NCBI GenBank assembly: GCA_965277285.1
Contig: OZ255721.1
Coordinates: forward strand, 2,400,001-2,464,000
Direction of reading: 5' to 3'
Source: Abditibacteriaceae bacterium
GTDB taxonomy: Bacteria; Armatimonadota; Abditibacteriia; Abditibacteriales; Abditibacteriaceae
DNA length: 64,000 nt
The notes under the pieces were generated by a model. The model made no database searches. It was not told where the DNA came from and was given only the letters and a program-made list of their open reading frames with translations. Below, in pieces: positions 58,590-64,000 of this stretch (within the stretch, counting starts at the first letter, position 1; each line of letters begins with the position of its first letter). The translations under genes and the position numbers were made by a program.

Positions 58590-61500
58590 GTGCCTTCCAC
58601 GACTAAAACCATCAAGAAAACAGCGCCGAAAAGCGCCCCTAAATCGCGTATCAAAGAACTAAAACCGCAGCCTTTGTGCGCCGAAGTTCAAGCGCCGCCA
58701 CTCGAAAAAATCACGCCCGACAAATATATCATCGTCAAGGGCGCGCGCCAGCACAACCTGAAAAACATCGACATCACGTTGCCGCGCGACAAAATGATCG
58801 TCATCACCGGACTTTCCGGCTCGGGCAAATCCAGCCTCGCTTTCGACACGATTTACGCCGAAGGTCAGCGTCGCTACGTTGAAAGCTTGAGTGCTTACGC
58901 GCGCCAGTTTCTGGGTCAAATGGACAAGCCGGATGTGGATTTTATCGAAGGTTTAAGCCCGGCGGTTTCCATCGACCAAAAAACCGCGTCCAGAAATCCG
59001 CGTTCAACCGTGGCAACCGTGACGGAAGTTTACGATTACCTGCGCTTGCTTTTCGCGCGCATCGGACAGCCGCATTGTCCCAACTGCGGGCGCGATGTGA
59101 AACGCCAATCGCTCGACCAGATCATCGACCAGATTATGAAACTGGGCGAAAGCACGCGACTTCACATTCTGGCGCCGCTGGTGCGCGGTCGCAAAGGCGA
59201 ATACAAGAAAATCTTTGAAGACGCGCGCAAAAAAGGTTTCGCGCGGGTTCGCGTCAACGGCACGATTTATAACATCGACGAAGCCGACGACATCAAGCTG
59301 GAACGCTACGAAAAACACGACATTGAAATCGTGGTTGATCGCGCCATTGTTAAAGCCGACGCGCATCAGCGTTTGGCCGACAGCGTGCAAACCGCGCTGA
59401 AGATGGGCGAAGGCATCGTGATGGTGGAAGTTGTGCCGCGCGAGGATGAAGCGAACGTAGGGGCGCAGCATGCTGCGCCCGCGCCGGAAGATCGAGTACT
59501 CACTTTCTCCGAGCATTTCGCCTGCGCCTATTGCGACTTGTCGTTTGAAGAACTGGAGCCGCGCACGTTTTCGTTCAACTCGCCGTATGGCGCCTGTCCC
59601 GAATGTTTGGGATTGGGAACGCATCAGGAATTCGATGCGCAATTGGTGGTTCCCGATGCAAGATTAAGTCTCGATAGCGGAGCGATTGCGCCGTGGAAGA
59701 AAAGTGGCTCGAATTACAAAAAGTCGATGTTGCGCTCGCTCGCCGACAAATATGGTTTCTCGATGGAAACGCCGTGGAACGAACTGGCGGACGAACACAA
59801 AAGCATCGTTCTCAATGGCTCGAACGGCGAGCACGTTCACGTTTCTTATGTCAATATGCACGGGCGCAGGCGCTCGTACAACACCGCCTGGGAAGGTGTT
59901 TTGGCCAGTCTGCAAAACGAATACGCCGAATATGGCGATACGTGGAAAGAAGAATTGCAAAAGTGGATGAGCGATCATCCGTGTCCGGTTTGCAAAGGCG
60001 CACGATTGAAACCGTTCCCGCTCGCTGTTACAGTTGCCGATAAAAACATCTCGCAAGTGACGGGTTTAAGCGTCGGCGAATCGGCGCAGTTCTTCACGCA
60101 ATTGCGCGGCGGCAGCCACAACGAAACCACCGCAGCCGAAGCTCGAGTACTCGAAAAGGTCGAAAATATCGCCACTGGAGGCGCCGCAAGTGCAAAGTTG
60201 AACGGTAAAGCATCAAATGGCAAAGCGCAATCGTCTATTGATTTGAACGAACGTGACACGATCATTGCGCGCCCGATTCTCAAAGAAATTCAAGAACGCT
60301 TACAATTTTTGGTCGATGTCGGTTTGAATTATCTTACGCTGGATCGCGCGGCCAATACGCTGGCGGGCGGCGAAGCGCAACGCATTCGGCTGGCAACGCA
60401 AATCGGTTCCGGTTTGGTCGGCGTGCTTTACGTTTTGGACGAGCCTTCGATTGGGTTGCATCAGCGCGATAATGAAAAACTGCTAAGTACACTGGTACGT
60501 TTGCGCGACTTGGGCAACACCGTCATTGTCGTCGAACACGATGAAGACACCATGCGCGCAGCCGATCACATCGTCGACATCGGGCCAAAAGCCGGTGAAC
60601 ATGGCGGTCGCGTCGTGGCGCAAGGCACTCTTGACGACATTATGAACTGTCCCGAAAGCGCGACGGGACGTTTTCTCAGCGGCGCCGAAATCATTCCGAT
60701 GAAGCGCCCGCGCCGCGAACCAACGGGTTTTCTCGAAATCAAAGGCGCGCGCGAACACAACCTCAAAAACGTCGATGCGAAGATTCCTCTGGGTTGTTTC
60801 GTCTGCGTGACCGGCGTTTCAGGTTCGGGAAAGAGTACTCTCATCGGCGATATTTTGTCGCAAAGATTGGCGCACGACGTAATGAAGCAAGCGACGATTT
60901 GGGGACGACACGACGAAATTCTTGGCGTCGAGCAAATCGACAAAATCATCACCATTGATCAAAGCCCGATTGGCCGCACGCCGCGCAGCAATCCGGCGAC
61001 TTATACCGGCGCTTTTACGCCTTTACGCGAACTGTTTCAGGCGACGCGCGAAGCCAAGCAGCGCGGCTACGGGCCGGGACGTTTCAGCTTCAACGTGAAA
61101 GGCGGGCGCTGCGAAAACTGTCAGGGCGATGGCATTATCAAAATCGAGATGCACTTTCTGCCCGACGTTTACGTGCCGTGCGAAGTGTGCAGCGGCAAGC
61201 GCTACAACCGCGAAACGCTCGAAGTGAAATACAAAGGCCACAGCATCGCCGACGTGCTGGACATGACGATTGAAAACGCGCTGGAAACCTTCGAGAACAT
61301 TCCGTCTATCGCGCGCAAAATGCAAACGATTTGTGATGTTGGTCTGGGCTACATCCGCATGGGACAACCCGCGACCACGCTCTCGGGCGGCGAAGCGCAA
61401 CGCGTCAAACTGGCGTCAGAACTTTCGCGGCGCGGCACCGGTCACACGCTTTATATTCTCGATGAACCCTCTGTCGGCCTTCACATGGCGGATGTAAAAG

Positions 61501-61730
61501 TTTTGATTGAAGTGCTGCAACGCTTGACCGATCAAGGCAATACAGTACTCGTTATCGAGCACAACCTCGACCTCATCGGCTGCTCGGATTACATCATCGA
61601 CATGGGGCCGGAAGGCGGCACCGGCGGCGGCAAAATCATCGCGCAAGGCACACCCGAAGACGTGATGAAAGCCAAGAAAAGCTACACCGGCCAGTTCTTG
61701 AAGACGCACTTCGCGCGACATGGGAAGTGA
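58590..61730 (+). CDS. uvrA: Excinuclease ABC subunit A
   Basis: [29 protein letters not shown], two ABC modules, zinc fingers. Confidence 0.97.
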   Translation: MPSTTKTIKKTAPKSAPKSRIKELKPQPLCAEVQAPPLEKITPDKYIIVKGARQHNLKNIDITLPRDKMIVITGLSGSGKSSLAFDTIYAEGQRRYVESLSAYARQFLGQMDKPDVDFIEGLSPAVSIDQKTASRNPRSTVATVTEVYDYLRLLFARIGQPHCPNCGRDVKRQSLDQIIDQIMKLGESTRLHILAPLVRGRKGEYKKIFEDARKKGFARVRVNGTIYNIDEADDIKLERYEKHDIEIVVDRAIVKADAHQRLADSVQTALKMGEGIVMVEVVPREDEANVGAQHAAPAPEDRVLTFSEHFACAYCDLSFEELEPRTFSFNSPYGACPECLGLGTHQEFDAQLVVPDARLSLDSGAIAPWKKSGSNYKKSMLRSLADKYGFSMETPWNELADEHKSIVLNGSNGEHVHVSYVNMHGRRRSYNTAWEGVLASLQNEYAEYGDTWKEELQKWMSDHPCPVCKGARLKPFPLAVTVADKNISQVTGLSVGESAQFFTQLRGGSHNETTAAEARVLEKVENIATGGAASAKLNGKASNGKAQSSIDLNERDTIIARPILKEIQERLQFLVDVGLNYLTLDRAANTLAGGEAQRIRLATQIGSGLVGVLYVLDEPSIGLHQRDNEKLLSTLVRLRDLGNTVIVVEHDEDTMRAADHIVDIGPKAGEHGGRVVAQGTLDDIMNCPESATGRFLSGAEIIPMKRPRREPTGFLEIKGAREHNLKNVDAKIPLGCFVCVTGVSGSGKSTLIGDILSQRLAHDVMKQATIWGRHDEILGVEQIDKIITIDQSPIGRTPRSNPATYTGAFTPLRELFQATREAKQRGYGPGRFSFNVKGGRCENCQGDGIIKIEMHFLPDVYVPCEVCSGKRYNRETLEVKYKGHSIADVLDMTIENALETFENIPSIARKMQTICDVGLGYIRMGQPATTLSGGEAQRVKLASELSRRGTGHTLYILDEPSVGLHMADVKVLIEVLQRLTDQGNTVLVIEHNLDLIGCSDYIIDMGPEGGTGGGKIIAQGTPEDVMKAKKSYTGQFLKTHFARHGK

Positions 61731-61760
61731 AGATCGAGTACTCGAAGATTGAGGTCAAAA

Positions 61761-62309
61761 TCAGGGCAAGCGAGTGAGTTCGGATTCGCACACATATTTC
61801 AGAGATGCCGGACTATTATCTGGTAAGTTCGCTAATGGCCAAGTCGCAGACGCAAATTGCGATGCGCTTACGCCATTATCGAAGTTGCGGCATTTGGGCT
61901 TGTAGTCGGTTTCTTCGTCAATTTGCTCACCACTGAGAAAATACATCCATGTTTCCACGTTTCGCTTGGGGACAACAATAGCAATGTGTTCTATATTGCC
62001 ACGCTTTGCTTGGCCTGCATCTGCTAATAACTTGTCGAACTCTTGTAATCGTTCGCCCACAGTTAAATCATCTGCATCGGCAACGACAATCAATGCGCCC
62101 GTAACGCGATGCGCTTTGTGGCGCATCGCGTTGACTTCGTTAGCATATTCAGATTTCACAAAAGACAAGCAAGGTGTCTGAAACTTCGGAAACCACTCGC
62201 AAATACGGATTTTGTGTGGTGTGTAGCCGCGCTTTCTGAGGTGACGATACAACAGCATTCGATGACGTTCGTCTTCGGCCAGAATGATAATATCTACGCC
62301 TTTACTCAT
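61761..62309 (-). CDS. Hypothetical protein with TOPRIM-like acidic motifs, partner of the ATPase
   Basis: IIILAED...IVVADAD...PKRNVETW; 4-bp overlap with the ATPase gene. Confidence 0.65.
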   Translation of the reverse strand: MSKGVDIIILAEDERHRMLLYRHLRKRGYTPHKIRICEWFPKFQTPCLSFVKSEYANEVNAMRHKAHRVTGALIVVADADDLTVGERLQEFDKLLADAGQAKRGNIEHIAIVVPKRNVETWMYFLSGEQIDEETDYKPKCRNFDNGVSASQFASATWPLANLPDNSPASLKYVCESELTRLP

Positions 62310-63469
62310 TCGTTTTCCCAGCCGCGCGCAACAATTTCGGCGGGAGATAGGTTTTTGCTCATTTCCGCATTGAAAGACTTGAGACGCACAGGGCCACCAA
62401 TTTCACGTTCAAAAACCGTCGTGCGACTTGGCGCCAGTGCGTTGATGAACTCAGGATGATGAGAAATTAGAATGACCTGCCCGCCATGCTCTTCGAGGTG
62501 CTCCTGCAAAAGCATGAGCCAGGGTTGAAGTTCGCGCAAAGCGATATAGTTTTCTGGCTCATCAATAATCAACGTTGAATTTGAATCCAAAGTGCAGAAG
62601 AGCAGCGTGTACAGGGCAATAAGCGCCCGCTGCCCATCCGACAGTTCCTCAAATCCATACTTGACTGTTGCAGAGGAGTTGCGTTTAGACGCTACGCGAC
62701 AGACAACACGCAAGTCGCGGCGTCCAGCTTCAAAGTCTTCCTCAACTGCAAACGAATCAAAATCGGGAATAGCTTCGCGCAGATGAGGAATCATCTCGAA
62801 CATTTTCCCCTGCTTTTGCTGCAAAAGATAAAGATAGTAAGATGCAAAGTTGGAAAGGTCGTTGGCAGGGCGCGGCTCTACTTTTCCTACCTGAGAAGTT
62901 ATAGAAGCTGGATTAATCTTGAAGAAGTGAACTTCACCAAGTGTATTTCTAAGAAGTGGACTAGCGAACTTCATTGCCGATTGACTTGGGTCGGACAAAA
63001 TCACTTTAGAATCTGGCCGTAACATCTGCTTTAACACACGTGTTTGATTAGGGTGAAAGTCTGTTGGACTTTCTTCCGCGAAAGGATCGTAGTTGGGATT
63101 AGTTTCTTCTATATCTTCCCAAATAGTTTCTGTAATCACTTCACCATTTCGTCTAAGCGTCTCTTTTTCCACACGATTATTGTAGGAAAAAACGTTGGTC
63201 TCTAAGCGATATTGAAAAAGATAGTTGTCTATTTGATAGTCAACTTCAAATATCTGCGGAGGTTTGATGCTCCATCTTGTAATCGTGCTGAAGTCAAACA
63301 GTTCGCTCGTTTCCGTCTGTCCAGTTACGAAGCGGCGCACTTTGTCCAAAGCCTCAAAAACTGTCGTCTTCCCTGTGCCATTAGCGCCGACAATCAGCTC
63401 AAATTGCTTTGGCTTGTACTCAAAGTTTTGAAGGCATTTATAATTGTCAACGTAAAAGCGCGTAATCAT
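62306..63469 (-). CDS. ABC-type (AAA_21/OLD-like) ATPase
   Basis: GANGTGKT, LSDGQR, LIIDEPEN, ISHHPE; no TM partner. Confidence 0.85.
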   Translation of the reverse strand: MITRFYVDNYKCLQNFEYKPKQFELIVGANGTGKTTVFEALDKVRRFVTGQTETSELFDFSTITRWSIKPPQIFEVDYQIDNYLFQYRLETNVFSYNNRVEKETLRRNGEVITETIWEDIEETNPNYDPFAEESPTDFHPNQTRVLKQMLRPDSKVILSDPSQSAMKFASPLLRNTLGEVHFFKINPASITSQVGKVEPRPANDLSNFASYYLYLLQQKQGKMFEMIPHLREAIPDFDSFAVEEDFEAGRRDLRVVCRVASKRNSSATVKYGFEELSDGQRALIALYTLLFCTLDSNSTLIIDEPENYIALRELQPWLMLLQEHLEEHGGQVILISHHPEFINALAPSRTTVFEREIGGPVRLKSFNAEMSKNLSPAEIVARGWENE

Positions 63470-63657
63470 GTGGTAGATTTTAACTCAAGCCGAATCTCAA
63501 ATCATTAAGATTTGCGTGATGAATTTTACAGGTGTCCTTGCCACGTTGCGCGAGCAATCGAGGACTCGATGTTATCTCAACGCTTCAAAAACGCAAAGAA
63601 AGTCGGCGCCGATTATACTGTTCTCGCAATTATAAATAAAGGGCGGCGTCAAGCCTT

Positions 63658-64000
63658 TTGTTGAAGGAAAAAGTTATCGTTTCGTCTCATCGAGCGGTTC
63701 GCGCCCCGCGAATTGCACCCGGCCCCAAACCTTTTCAACTCGTTCAAAGCGCATTGCATTTCTGGAAAGAACCCGTCGATGCGTTGTTGCGCGACCGCGC
63801 CAAATATGGCGATATTGTGCGTTACCAAGCGGGCGGCAACGTCGTTCATTTGATTTGTCATCCCGATCATATCGAGCATGTTTTGCTGACCAACAACCGC
63901 AATTACCGCAAATATACGCCGCACGCTTTGCTGACACAGGAAATTGGGCAAGGATTGCTGCTCAACAACAGCGAATCGTGGATGTCGCAGCGCCGCCTGA
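63658..64000 (+). CDS. Cytochrome P450, N-terminal part (runs off the window)
   Basis: Manual translation: APGPK...KYGDIVR...HPDHIEHVL...GQGLL...SWMSQRRL. Confidence 0.8.
   Translation, partial: MLKEKVIVSSHRAVRAPRIAPGPKPFQLVQSALHFWKEPVDALLRDRAKYGDIVRYQAGGNVVHLICHPDHIEHVLLTNNRNYRKYTPHALLTQEIGQGLLLNNSESWMSQRRL

Larger units (their letters stand above)
187..61745. repeat. Dispersed, highly iterated 12-bp palindrome TCGAGTACTCGA (about 46 perfect and about 18 one-mismatch copies)
   Basis: Perfect copies start at 187, 727, 1729, 4527, 5803, 7860, 8644, 10387, 11035, 11757, 12393, 14845, 16357, 17538, 18447, 20499, 22956, 26789, 29324, 30154, 30662, 31137, 32044, 33477, 33998, 37345, 38317, 38872, 39442, 42096, 42375, 43083, 43478, 44884, 45333, 46685, 47896, 49617, 51370, 53219, 54634, 55451, 56322, 57495, 60143, 61734 (manual count). 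Confidence 0.97.

Noticed and set aside
187..61745. 12-bp palindrome as a linker/adapter artefact or CRISPR repeat
   Set aside because: Copies keep reading frames intact, show natural one-mismatch variants and adapt to conserved protein motifs; spacing is hundreds of bp, not 30-40-nt spacers.
187..61745. 12-bp palindrome as an ordinary transcription-factor operator or parS
   Set aside because: Far too frequent, often mid-gene, not tied to one regulon, and unlike the parS consensus.
1..64000. Autonomous mobile element, prophage, tRNA/rRNA or cognate DNA methyltransferase
   Set aside because: No transposase, integrase, phage or structural RNA signature recognised; the two methyltransferases lie in the glycan cluster and show no DNA-MTase motifs that I could see.

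Overview
Bacterial chromosomal window of moderately high GC. The gene content (glgP, acs, ilvB/ilvN with a T-box, kdsA, uvrA, coaD, VanW) fits a diderm Terrabacteria lineage such as Abditibacteriota/Armatimonadota; this is inference only. It holds about 52 CDS: a partial GH2, glycogen phosphorylase, a PAS kinase, acs, a furanose-sugar locus (YtfQRT/YjfF-like ABC transporter, DUF4965 protein, GH127-like enzyme), a pair of catalytically degenerate M16 proteins, a Wzm/Wzt glycan cluster, ilvB-ilvN, livG/livF, coaD, kdsA, an iron-handling pair, an acyl-ACP-reductase-like pair, a PP2C phosphatase, uvrA, an ABC-ATPase/TOPRIM-like pair and a partial P450. I recognised no rRNA, tRNA, CRISPR array or transposase. 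The dominant unexplained signal is the 12-bp palindrome TCGAGTACTCGA. By manual count it has about 46 perfect and about 18 one-mismatch copies, roughly one per kb, inside genes in all three frames and at gene junctions, resembling a longer analogue of cyanobacterial HIP1. Several REP-like repeat families also form nested composite palindromes. One composite brackets a whole gene, and one REP unit lies in frame inside uvrA. All counts and coordinates were read by eye and should be verified computationally.
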